From NCBI GenBank assembly GCA_013115145.1, contig JAAPAO010000101.1, positions 13,817 to 77,816 on the forward strand: 64,000 nucleotides of DNA, written 5' to 3'. Below, one piece after another: positions 39,652 through 50,630 of the stretch; the first letter of the stretch is position 1; the number at the start of each line of letters is the position of its first letter. Both the position numbers and the translations under genes were made by a program. Origin of the DNA: Perkinsus chesapeaki ATCC PRA-425 (lineage: Eukaryota; Protista; Perkinsozoa). The notes under the pieces are model-generated. The model did no database searches. It saw only the letters and a list, made by a program, of their open reading frames with translations, and was not told the origin of the DNA.

Positions 39652-40046
39652 ATGCCGAAGTCGGAGGTTTCCACCGACGATGACCCGGTGGTTGATGAGC
39701 AGCTGGTGGTGGTGCACTTTAGGGAACTAGCTCATAGTCACTTTGGTAAGGCGGTTAACCCGGACACAGTAAGGCTTGTGGGAATGGGTAATAATGGGAG
39801 GTGCTGGTCAAGTGTGATTTATGGGCGCCCTCAGACAAGCCCGGCGACGGCAAGTTAATACTAGAGGCGAACGGCGAGGAAGTGGCGTTCGACGCTGTGA
39901 TGGCTGAGCCGCCTGGCAGCTTTTTAATTTTGGAAAAGGGTCCAGAAACGGAAAAATCTGAAGGCGATAGAGCTGCTGGTGAAGAGGAGCCTCGTCATGG
40001 TGGTAGTATAAGTGGGTCTGTGGTTGGGCTAGGTCTCCTTGGATAG
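39652..40046 (+). CDS. Possible TFIIIC subunit 6 (tau55/GTF3C6-like) small protein
   Basis: Acidic N-terminus, then EQLVVVHF..., and after a short intron KLILEANGEEVAFDAVMAEPPGSFLILEK. This resembles, from memory, the GTF3C6 core EQLVLVEL...GTCVIFEE. Confidence 0.42.
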
Positions 40047-40295
40047 GGTATAAAGTTTACGGCACTACGCGAGGCATGATTGATGTGTCGGTCCCTCGCC
40101 TTTCGGCAGCACCTGTATCACATAACACATCGGATCCATTAGCATCGGCACCTAGAGCACCTCGAGGAGGTGGGGCCCAGAAGGGGGCTGATGAGAGCGG
40201 GCGCTCCTCTACTATAGGGGGTGCGATGTAACGTTATTTTCTACAGTGCAATGCTGTATCGTGTTGGTGGTGAATCATTATAGGGCCAGTCTCAC

Positions 40296-41567
40296 ATGAC
40301 CGACTTACTCCTATCCTCACTTTACCCGACCGTTGCTGGGCATGCGTCTCGCCCGTCGTATATGGAGTTAGCTGGGGCTACGGATCTTTCAGCTGGTGAG
40401 CTTGCTGTCTTTCCGGACCATTATCATGGAGCTTCAGGAGCATGGCCTTCGGTACGGTTCGTGATGACAGTACTGATGGACCGACATCCCCAACTTGCAC
40501 GATGGTTGAAGCACTGGCCTACTGCTTTCACAGCTTTATTAGCCATATTAGAATATGTGTCGATAGCAGAGCACCACGCTAGTACTACTGCTACTACTAT
40601 CGTGGCCAAGTAGCTGTTGATGGATATCAGGTATGAGCGAGCATTTCTTTGGCCTCTGCCGAGAGTCGGTGGCCCTGGCTAAACAGGAGCGGTCATCACC
40701 ATTGGAGAAGCTGAAGGTTGACAGGCTACGGCAGGAAGGGGACGTCCTCACGCGGAAACAAAAGTAGTATGTTGCAAGAGGCGGCCGGGTGAGATGTGGA
40801 TATCAGGGCGTTGTCGGTTTTATTGCTTTCGATGCTCCCACGATTTATAGAAGGCTCGCAGCAGAGGGGCTCCTCCAGCCAAAGTCGGCTGGCGACGGTT
40901 ATAAGACAGGCTTATGTTGCTGTGGACGCTGCGTATAGGATTGCATATCTTCTAGGTAGAGTGGATGAAGGGAGGAGGAGGAGGAGCCTCCATTGAGTTA
41001 AGTTTGAGCAGGCATAAGCCCGTACTGGTCACCGTTCATGCATGTGGCTGGCATTAGGGTTGTCCGGCGGCAAGGGGACACTCAGGACGGTGGCGGCGGA
41101 GGCTTCGGTTTGAAATATCTTCTCTGGAGCCTAGTGTACGCGGTGCAATTCGGGCAATGGTAGATGATAGCTAACCGTTGAGTGTTGGAAGGTCTGGCGC
41201 ATTATAGGTATATGGCGGTTCGCCCATCACTTACCTCAAAAGCCTTGCGGGGGCGTTCGCGTGCTATCCCTCCGCCGCCTTCTAGGCCCAAGCCGGCACC
41301 GGCTGATCAGGGCGGCGTAGGGCTGCCTGTGGACAAGCGCGTGTGTCCGGCTTGTCGGCAGAGACGGAGCAACCCTGCAGTGGCGGCAGTGAGCGGGTGA
41401 GCTGGGATGGTGGTGGAGTGGGATTGGTGTAGGAGTGTTCATTGTTGAGGTACGTTTATTGTTATGTGTGTTTGGTGAAGGCGGTGAGGGGGACAGGAAA
41501 GGATCCTGTGACACAATTGGAGATGAAAGAAGAACAGATTTTAAGATTGCACGAACCTGATTCATAG
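40296..41567 (+). CDS. PEX12: Peroxisomal biogenesis factor 12 (RING peroxin), multi-exon
   Basis: RPSYMELA; PSVRFVMTVLMDRHPQL..LLAILEYVSI; SEHFFGLCR; VQFGQW; PPPP; CPACRQRRSNPAVAAVSG/YVYCYVCL..DPVT: Pex12 N-terminal blocks plus the degenerate RING. Stop TAG 41565-41567. Confidence 0.88.
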
Positions 41568-41619
41568 CGTTTCATATCTACGAGTTTCTTTGTGACACAG
41601 TGTTTTGCCGTTAATATCT

Positions 41620-42337
41620 GTCGAACTGGTCTATAGGGCTGATAGACCGTGCAGCGGCCGACTAAGTGCTCTCCTGGTAGGCCCCTTTTAATAATGACGT
41701 TTTCTAAATGGGAGTTTATAACCAGTCTGGTGGAGAAGGCAACGGATAAGCTCTGTAGTGGTGCTGAGAGGGAGGCTGTGAGGTGATGGGCTTCGGGCAG
41801 GTATACCGTGTTTGGGGGAAGACCCCAATGACGGCAGTGGTAGGACATGTATAGTCCCGCGAGATGATGATAAAACAGACGAGTTGAGACTGCCTTACAA
41901 ATGGAAGGTCTTCTATTGGATCGGGTAGGAGGCTTCTTCGGACCTGCCCTACTCAGTGGTCTGGGATCTCCGTGTGGTGGTGGCAGCATCCACTCGCTCG
42001 TTCAGTGGCATATTCTTGGATGAGGATGATGATGTTGAATGTTCTCTGATAGATATACTTCAACAGTGGCTTTGGCGTTTTCATTGACATTGACAGCGGT
42101 GCTGGTGGATGACATGCATCACATTAAGGAGGATAGTATAACATTTAGAGGTCTACCTGGACAAGTCAATGAAACAATTATCAACATACCGGTGAGGATA
42201 ATGATAAGCTCCTTATTGTTTAGATCGACTTATTAGGCAACAGCTGGAGGCTGGAGCTCGTTCCGTCATGACCCGGTGGGTAATGAAATATGCTCTAAGA
42301 CTCCGGATGGGGAATCGGCGATTGCTAATGCGCCGTA
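41620..42337 (+). CDS. Unknown gene X, copy 1 (multi-exon)
   Basis: Peptides IMTFSKWEFITSLVEKATDKLCS, GIPCLG, LRLPYKWKVFYWIG, LVDDMHHIKEDSITFRGLPGQ and GGWSSFRHDPVGNEICSK..AIANAP* align with the copy at 44981-45832. The start is uncertain. Confidence 0.6.
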
Positions 42338-42409
42338 AGTGGGGATGTGTTGAGCCGAATGGAGCGGAGTAGTTGATGTGATTGAAATTATCTGTGAGAA
42401 AAGTTTAAA

Positions 42410-42491
42410 CGACAGCGGCAGGATTCGAACCTGCGCAGGCAGAGCCTAGTGGATTTCGAGTCCACCTCCTTAACCACTCGGACACGCTGTC
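42410..42491 (-). tRNA. trnS-CGA: tRNA-Ser (anticodon CGA)
   Basis: Reverse complement GACAGCGTGTCCGAGTGGTTAAGGAGGTGGACTCGAAATCCACTAGGCTCTGCCTGCGCAGGTTCGAATCCTGCCGCTGTCG: acceptor stem, D loop, GTGGA/TCCAC anticodon stem with CGA, long variable arm, GTTCGAA T loop, and TTTT downstream. Confidence 0.97.
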
Positions 42492-42544
42492 TGTTGATTT
42501 ATTGTGATGTTCGAAAAAGTGGTGGTGTATACTATACACTGTAT

Positions 42545-44971
42545 ATGTCTTTGAACAGATACGCGACCTTGGCGAAATGCGAGGCTGACAGCCCAAATTG
42601 TGGATCGTTGCGGAAGCACGACTCATTGAGCCGTTTGGCACTGGGCCTCTCTGAGCTCGGTCTCGCCCAAACCGAAACAAACAGTGGCTTGGGCAGTGAG
42701 ACATTCATGCAGGTGAAGCAACTTATATGCCTCTCTGCGTCGTTATGCCTTGCCGATTCAGCTGGCTATCATCTCATTCGTGAGCCGAGTGCTAGACATA
42801 ATCGGCCTCGTCGCTCATGGGCTTGCATTCATCATGCTGGTGAGACCAGAGAGCACACAGAGCAACCGCTCATGACAGCATGCAGGTATTGGTTCGACGT
42901 AGCCCACGCACCCTGCTGCTTCACAAGAACTCTGGTGGAAGTCTTAAGAGCTATATCACAGACTACTCTCCGAACTGGCAAGATTAATGGCGCCATCAAC
43001 TCTCGATATGCGCGGTTCAGGCTCGTTCTGCTCGGAGGAGTTTGCTTGCTGGTCTCCAATGGTCTTCGTGCGTCATTTCGCCACAGTCTGACATCTCATG
43101 TGGCGGCCTATGCCATACACTGCCGAACCTCTCCCGGCGATTTCCTGAGCAAAGCCTTCCTACCTCAGGGGTAAGACCATCTGATTATCACCCGGTCATT
43201 GCTCGAATTCAGGGGAAAGCCTGCCAACCTCGAAGCGATGGTTGCTTTCGCAAAATACGTTCACCACTCGAGCACAAGCGGTCTGAGCATGAAGCTCATT
43301 TATTTCGTTATTCTCATCGACGTGCTGGCGGTCGTTTTAGTGATCTGGTAATCTCCAACGTCTATTTTGCTCGTCCCTGTCATTTCTACCCTGGAGTTTC
43401 GTTATCACCGCCGCGCTACCACAATTACGTTCCCTCAAAGTGTGGTGTTCTTATCCTGTGGATGATGTTGTTACCTGTTCAGGGCTGGCACGCGTAATGC
43501 CTACAGTGCAAGCCGGACACACTTGACGGACTCTCAGCTCAGTCGTCTGCCTTTGTATTCAAAGATCTGGAACGTCTGGCTGAGCCTCGGTTTCCTCATA
43601 TTTGCGATGGCTTGTACAACAGCCGCGGGGTGAGTGACTTTCGCTCCAAGTAGCTCCGCGCTGCCCGCTGTGGACTGCCAACTGAAATCTAGCACACTGT
43701 TTGCTGCAGACAAGTTGACTGTGTCGATATGAAAATACTGGAACCGAGAATCGAACTCGGGACCTACTGCGTGTTAGGCAGTCGTCATAACCAACTAGAC
43801 CATTCCAGCTGTAATATAATTGGTTATATCACACGCATGTAGATACTCTGTGCGTCGACGAGGGTATCATTTGAACGTGCAGTTCTGGAATATCGACCGG
43901 CCTACTGGAAGGTCAGATCTTGATGATATACTGCTCAACCACCTTGAATACACTTATGCGTCTTTTGATGTAAGTCTAATACACGCCAACATTATTAATA
44001 ATATTATTCGCTGCATTTGCCTTGTATCATATCGGATGTGTTACTTTTTATTGGGAGCATCCTCCCAATCCAAGACATCCTGTTTTAGGTAGCCGACTTT
44101 GCCACCGCTATTGCGCTGCTGATAGCGTACTTGGTCTGGCTTGTAACACCAGACAAAACCCGATTCTTGTCGAAGTACTTCCAGCTGGTTGGCCTCGGAT
44201 ATATGCTAAGGGCTATCATCATGGTGGGCGCCGCAAGCTGCGATAATGATAATCTACACTATCGTCTCAGCCATGGACTGTTCTACCAGCGCCATTCAGC
44301 GTATTGCAGTTCCCGGAGTGCTTCGAGCCACCTGGAAATAAGCTCTTTGGTGACATCATCACAGTCATTTTCTGCAATGATATGATGTAACATTTCCGAT
44401 AGTATTAATCCCTTGCCTACGTAGTCGTCCAGGTACTCGGGCCATGCAGCCTTCATCTGCATCCCAATATTCATAGCTCTGGCTTTCGTCGAGTACGGTC
44501 CGGTTAAGCGCAAGGCTCTGGCCTGGTTGATGCTAGCGACACTCGCCGTACCGTGTGTATTCCTAATTGTCATAGCACGCGGCCACTATTCGATAGATGT
44601 AGCTCCCGAGGTGCCCGACGATGTCCGATGATTTCTGTGGTTCTTTCAGATCCTCGTCAGCATGACATTGTGTTCGTGCTTCGTACTTCTTAATGTACCT
44701 GCCTGGAAGTTGCTTTTCGACTACGGCAGAGGTGGCTATTATCAGTTCGGAAAAGTGAGAGGCATTCCGAGGTGGTCCGAGCTTGTTGAGGCGATCGCGG
44801 CAGGTATCCGACCTCCTCGAGGAGTGCGCGGACTGCTTCCCGGATGATGAATCCGAGAGCACTGCGGCGCTGCTGGAGGATGGTGATGAGGAAGAGAAGC
44901 CCGATTGGGTGACAATTGAAAAGAAGATTTCTAATCTGAGCGATAAAGTTAGAGTAAAACGTGGACCATAG
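42545..44971 (+). CDS. Sphingomyelin synthase / IPC synthase family (PAP2-like phosphotransferase), copy 1, multi-exon
   Basis: Spliced motif CNDMM/YSGHA (~44373-44445) and IARGHYSIDV (~44570-44600) match the SMS D3 (CxD..SGH) and D4 (HY.xDV) catalytic motifs. Several TM segments; stop at 44971. Confidence 0.85.
43736..43809 (-). tRNA. trnV-AAC: tRNA-Val (anticodon AAC), antisense inside an intron of the synthase copy 1
   Basis: Reverse complement GCTGGAATGGTCTAGTTGGTTATGACGACTGCCTAACACGCAGTAGGTCCCGAGTTCGATTCTCGGTTCCAGTA: full cloverleaf, ACTGC/GCAGT stem with AAC, and TTTT immediately downstream. Confidence 0.97.
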
Positions 44972-44980
44972 TCCGCTGAC

Positions 44981-45832
44981 ATGTTTACTGTGTATTCAAA
45001 TATCCTGTTCAAGAAGTGTGCATTGCGTTCGATCACATCGAGTTCGCCGCAAGCAACAGCGGAGCAAGAACACGCGACAGAAAGCCGTTGTTTCGACAGG
45101 CCCCTTGTGGAGCAAGTGCTCCCACTCATCATGTCATCTTCCAAATGGGAAGCTTTCGCGAACTGGACGGACAAGATCACTGACAGGCTTTGTAGCAACT
45201 GACATCAAGCTGCACGAATGTAACGTTGCAGGCCTCCCATGTTTGGGACCCGATATTCATACCAATCCACGAACTTTCGTCTTCCAACGGGAGAGTGAAG
45301 GAGACAATGTCGTCATCGGGAAGATGGGGTTGTCGTATAAGTGGGCAGTTATCTACGGTTTAGGGTAAGCTGCAGGCACTTGCTCGATTATACTTGTGCT
45401 GGCTGATCTGGTCGAGATGGTGCGCTGCATTGCGGGATGCTTCTGTTGATAAGATACATAGCAGCCGCAGCGATATCTTTGGTACTTCTTACAACATCTG
45501 TTATCCTCGATGATGTCCATGCCATTAAGCCAGGATCGATGGTCTTCACCGGCCTGCCGGGGCAACTTAAACCTGTGCAGGTCGACATCCCGGTGAGTGG
45601 TGTTATCGCAGAGTAGAGCGACTGGGGTGTCATTACTTCGATGAGACTCGTCGAGAATGTCGTTGTTACGGTCAAAACTAATGATAGAATTAACCCGAGT
45701 AGCAGCCAGCGAATCCACTACCATCTGCAGGCATCTCGTGGTGGATGGCGCACGCTCCGATACAACTACCCGAACGAAGGCGAAATATGTCCTCTTAAAG
45801 AGAAGGAGAAGCGGCCGGCAATTGCGAGGTGA
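44981..45832 (+). CDS. Unknown gene X, copy 2 (multi-exon)
   Basis: IMSSSKWEAFANWTDKITDRLCS, GLPCLG, MGLSYKWAVIYGLG, ILDDVHAIKPGSMVFTGLPGQ, GGWRTLRYNYPNEGEICPLK..AIAR*; collinear with copy 1. Confidence 0.6.
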
Positions 45833-45863
45833 TTCTGCTGTGCATAGGTCACGTCGGCCATGG

Positions 45864-48030
45864 ATGGATCTCAGGTATTCGACTCTAGCTCAATGTGAGA
45901 TAGAGGGTCAGAGGTGCGCAGCAGATCGGAAGAACGACTCGCTGAGTGGAATCGCGCTGAGCTTGACCGATATTGGTCTGGCTCAGATCGAAACTAATAG
46001 TGGACTCGGAGCAGAGACTCTTGAAGATGTGAGGAATGAAACAGTGGCAGACGACACTCACCTCGTTGTCAGTTCTCCAATATTTCCTTCTTGAACCGCG
46101 TGCTGGATATTTCAGCGCTGACGTGTCATGCTCTGGCATTCCTGCTGCTGGTAAGTAGTGCTCTACGGCCTGCTCACATAGAGACCGTGTGGATCCTTCA
46201 GAGGTCCTATTTGTTAGCCTTAGAATTGTTCGCCTTAGGTTGGCATGCGCAGGCTTCCTCGCTCGGTGCTCCTACACAGAAGTGAGAAGTCGGACTTTAT
46301 CTCCTTCGCCATGGACTATGCTCCACACTGGTCAGACCGACTCCCATACGTTCTCAAAAGTTGGTGGTGATTCAGGTTGGTTATGCTAGGAGGAGTGCTG
46401 TTATTTCTCTCCACTGCCCTGGCAACATCTTTCCGCCACGATCTGACCTCCCATATAGCAGCTTATGGCATTGCCTGTCACACTAGTCCCGGTGATCCTG
46501 TGAGACTTGCATTTAATCCCGGGAAGTAATAGCTGTGTCTATTGGGCTTGAAACACGTACTCTATCCAGTAAAGACCCGTCGAATCTGGACGCCATGCTG
46601 GTATTCGCCGAGTACGTCTACAGATCTGGCAGGGCCGGCATTAGCGTAGCTCTCTCGACAGCCGTGGTCTACATTGACCTATTCGCATCTATATTAGTTA
46701 TCTGGTAAGTTCCTATTGTAAGGTACCTAAAAGGTGTACTTGCTTGTCTTTCAGGGCCGGCACTCGCGGGGCTTACCATAAAGATCGCGCCAAGTTAACG
46801 GACTCTCAGCTCAGCAGACTCCCTTTTTACTCCAAGATCTGGCCTTTACTCGTCAGTGTGGCATTCTTGGCTTTCTCGCTGGCCTCTACTTGGTTTGCTG
46901 GGTGAGTTTGTCGGTTATTACTGCCTCCTCGATGGCACTCGCTACTTTGCGTTTTATAGGTATTGGACCAGAGTTAGGGGCTTCCCATTGAACGAGCGTT
47001 TCTGGAATATAGACCGCCCACTTGGGCGCGCTGACCTGGATGACATCATCCTCAACAATCTAGCAATTACGTATGCATCGTATGAAGTAGTCTGCCCCTA
47101 GCAGTCATAGCGCATGAGACTTATTCCTTCCAGGTCGCGGATTTTGCCACTGGTATTTGGGCACTCATCGGTTTCCTTCTCTGGCTTGTAACCCCCGACA
47201 AGAGCCAGTTCCTCTCCAAATATGCGCAGCTTCTGGGGTTAGCGTATTTCCTCCGAGCTATCATCGTGGTAAGTGCAGTTAAAACAACAGTCGTGGACTG
47301 TACGACTCTACTTAGCCATGGACCGTGTTACCTGCTCCCACCAGTATAGTGCAAGTGCCGATGTGCTACAGAAAGCCTGAAGGCGCCATATTTGGGGATA
47401 TCATAACAGCTGTCTATTGCAATGATATGATGTAAGATATTTCCGTCTGCTTTCCAAATACCATTCCTCTCAAGGTACTCTGGTCATGCAGCCTTCATAT
47501 CGCTGCCCTGCCTCATCGCTATAGCATTTGTCGTGTACGGTCCTGTTCAGAGGAAGGTTCTTGCCATATGTGTTTTATTAATTGCGGTGGTGCCTTCCGT
47601 AGCAGTTGTTGTGATATCCCGAGCTCACTACACGATGGATGTAGGGCAGTTCGGTAGTGGGTGTTACTGAATTTCCCGTTCTGTTAGATTCTGGTCAGCT
47701 TATTGGTGACCAGCTCCCTCACCTTACTGAACGTTCCAGCTTGGAAAGCTCTCTTCAATTACGGAAACGATCCTGGGATGCGTGCCAAAGACGTAGAGCA
47801 TTATCAATGAGTTGGACCGTTGCAGACGCCTTTGCTTTCGTTTCCAGGTTAGCGCGCTGTTGGATGAGTGCAACGACTACCTTGAAAGACAGGTCGACCT
47901 GGAAACCTCGGGTCTGCTGGGCGACACATTGCCACCTGATTGGGCTGCCGTTGAACGAAAGATTTCGGCTCTTAGCGAGAAGCTCTCGCAACAAAGAGGA
48001 GCCCAACCCAAGCTTGATAATTACGCTTAA
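45864..48030 (+). CDS. Sphingomyelin synthase / IPC synthase family, copy 2, multi-exon
   Basis: MDLRYSTLAQCE..DSLSGIALSLTDIGLAQIETNSGLG parallels the copy 1 N-terminus; FWNIDRPLGRADLDDI; CNDMM/YSGHA; ISRAHYTMDV; C-terminal PDWAAVERKISAL. Confidence 0.85.
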
Positions 48031-49598
48031 GATTTGGGCTGCTCCTGTAACCAAGACTTCGCGTATTTTTCGTCCCTTGCCTTTTGGTGAGTTCGCAGGA
48101 GATCTTGGAGCACTTTTCCCTTCTATCATGAAGCCTCTAACACGGCACCACATAAGATACTCAATCTTGTAGCCAATTGGGTACCACGCGTTGTACTGTT
48201 CACGAATGTTGTGCTGAGTCTATAAATATCTCAAATCTCAAATGTCACGCTTTACACTGTTACTCTTCATTGCACGCACCCATTTTTACCATTACTTGCT
48301 AATAAACCAAGAAGGATAATACGAGGGCAGATATGGCGTTAATGGGGTGTCCGAGTACTAAGGACCTTGGTTACCACAGGAGGCAACTTCGGTAAGCATA
48401 CACGGTTTAATATGGCACAGTTGGGAAATGCGCAAGTATCCAATGTACGATACCACGCGAGCGTTAAAGTGCCTTAAGATTATTAGTCTCAGCAATCAAA
48501 ACAAATAGAAAGCGGTCACAAGCGAGAGTAAATCTCACTACTACCAAAAGGAAGTGTCATCACGGTACTCGACAGCAACAATATAGCTGTAGCAACCCAA
48601 ATCATAGCTCAGACTCTACATGAGAGAAACAGCAACAAGATAACAGCCACCGAAGTGACTCGAGATCTCAGAGCTGGAGGCCTAGATGGTTTCCCAAGGT
48701 GTCTGGACCGTTAGGCTGACAAGAGCAGCCACGGCAATTAGCCTTGGAGAGGCACAGAGGAATATTGCGCAAGTATGACTCGATCACCACCAACAACGAC
48801 AGCGTCTAACCGGCGTTGTGAATCGAATAACCTATTAAAAATAGGAAGAGACACATGGTGGTGGACTTAAGGCTCACGCAAGCGCAAGAGCGTCGACAAG
48901 ACGTCGATGATGCCCAAAGCGCAATCACTCTACCGGTAGAGCCGACCGCAAAGCCACCAAAGCACCTTTAAAAAGGACGCAATGCGGCAAAGCAGGCTCA
49001 ACCGAAGATCAATATAGATGGTGCATCAGACTGACGTGCAAAAGTCTCATCAAGAATCAGGGACTTGGGTATAGCGATATTTTTAATCATCACATGCAGC
49101 TGCAATAAGAATCAAACGTCAGAGAGATACGCAGTTCAACCCCACATAGAAGTCGGAAGACATGGGTTAGCAATAAGCGTTAAATCATCATTCATCTGGC
49201 ATTTTGATGCCTCAGCGAAATCCGCTAATATTTCTCTCCACGGAAGCTCACGAGGAGCCCGGTTTCAGAGTGTGTAACAAAGATGGCTCATCAAAGACAT
49301 TGCACTTCTTACTGGGTCAGATCTGTTGAGCTTGACATAATAGATTAAGGTATCCCCACGGCTGAGTAAGATCAGCGGGAAAATCTAATCATCATTCCCA
49401 GAAGGCATTAACATTCAGTGGAAGTTGACGTTCTTTAAGTGTCAACAGCGGGAAATGTGAATCGATTAGGCAATCGATTTAGACGTTTTTAGCTAATAGG
49501 CGGAGCGTTGCGTTGCACGGGCTACGATTTCGTCGTGCAAGGAGCGCTCGCCTACAAAGCAGAATCGTCGTCACTCTTTGAACTGTCTTTGCTTGATT

Positions 49599-50630
49599 AT
49601 GGCGCTCCTCATTGTGGCTCAAGACACAGCCCATAGTACCGCCTACATCGATGATGTATTCTCAGAGCTCGCCGGTCACATGGACCTCGACGGTCTGAAG
49701 TATTTAGTGTGGGAGTTTGTCGGTCTGCGTAAGCCCTGTGGGCTGAAAGTCGCCGGTAGGGAGCCCAGCGGTATTTACTCAATTGTTGGCAGTTGTGGGG
49801 ATGACATTATCGGACTGAGGCAGTGCCGAACCTCGGGGAAGTCCCAGATAGTGGCGCTCAGGGAAGGCGACTTGGCTGGAGCAGGAAAGCTCATATTGGA
49901 GTCGGAATCCTGGCTTACCGATGCCTGGCAGTCATCCCTGTGTACGGATGGTGATGAGAAGATATATCATGTCGATAACACGGATAAAGTGTATGAGATC
50001 AACAACACCGATGTCAGCGGGGAAATGCGCGTGCTGAAGACAGACGTCCCCGAGTCGGCACTGCTCTACAGGACTCGTTTGATCGATTCAACTCTCTATG
50101 TTGGGTGCGCTGGTGCCAGTCGTATAAGTAGAGTACTTTGCACGGTTGATCTCGCATCTGGGAAATTCGATACTGTAAAATGCAACGGTGAAGACGTGGA
50201 GTTCTTGTATGCATTCGATGTTCAAAAAACTGCAACTGAGGGCATGACCAGGATTGCCTATCTCAGACCTACGAGAGGTCGCCCACGGCTGGAGCTTGTA
50301 ATCGTCACTGTTGATAAGGATGGCATGGCGAAGTCAACTTTGACTTTACCGAGCTCTGGTGGAATGCATTTCCGTTTCCTGGCCGCCTCTGATGGGATAT
50401 TGTGCATGGCCGAGGGATCGGAGCTAAGGCTAATCGACACAGAGTCGACAGAGGTGCTTTGTAAATGCGATATAGGTCTATCTTGGGGATCATCGATCGA
50501 GTCGATGAGTATGGATTCCATCAGGCTAATAGCGTTGAATTCCCATCGCGGCTTGGAGATTATCAATGTGTATGTACAGTATCGCTACACAGCCGAGGAT
50601 TCATGTACTAATGAGCCGGATTGTCAGTAG
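49599..50630 (+). CDS. Intronless hypothetical protein, beta-rich (possibly propeller-like), probable lineage-specific family
   Basis: Open 1-kb frame (first ATG 49599). A short helical N-terminal block (IDDVFSELAGHMDLDGLKYLVWEFVG) precedes alternating beta-strand-like segments. Confidence 0.7.
   Translation: MALLIVAQDTAHSTAYIDDVFSELAGHMDLDGLKYLVWEFVGLRKPCGLKVAGREPSGIYSIVGSCGDDIIGLRQCRTSGKSQIVALREGDLAGAGKLILESESWLTDAWQSSLCTDGDEKIYHVDNTDKVYEINNTDVSGEMRVLKTDVPESALLYRTRLIDSTLYVGCAGASRISRVLCTVDLASGKFDTVKCNGEDVEFLYAFDVQKTATEGMTRIAYLRPTRGRPRLELVIVTVDKDGMAKSTLTLPSSGGMHFRFLAASDGILCMAEGSELRLIDTESTEVLCKCDIGLSWGSSIESMSMDSIRLIALNSHRGLEIINVYVQYRYTAEDSCTNEPDCQ

Noticed and set aside
44563-45198. 211-aa minus-strand ORF, and similar long minus ORFs at 17758-18777, 34906-35415, 47657-48172 and 61739-63895
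   Set aside because: These are antisense shadows of well-supported + strand coding exons.
48300-49300. Possible decayed retrotransposon or membrane-protein gene
   Set aside because: No RT, endonuclease or integrase motifs; only short hydrophobic minus-strand fragments that I could not join into a gene.
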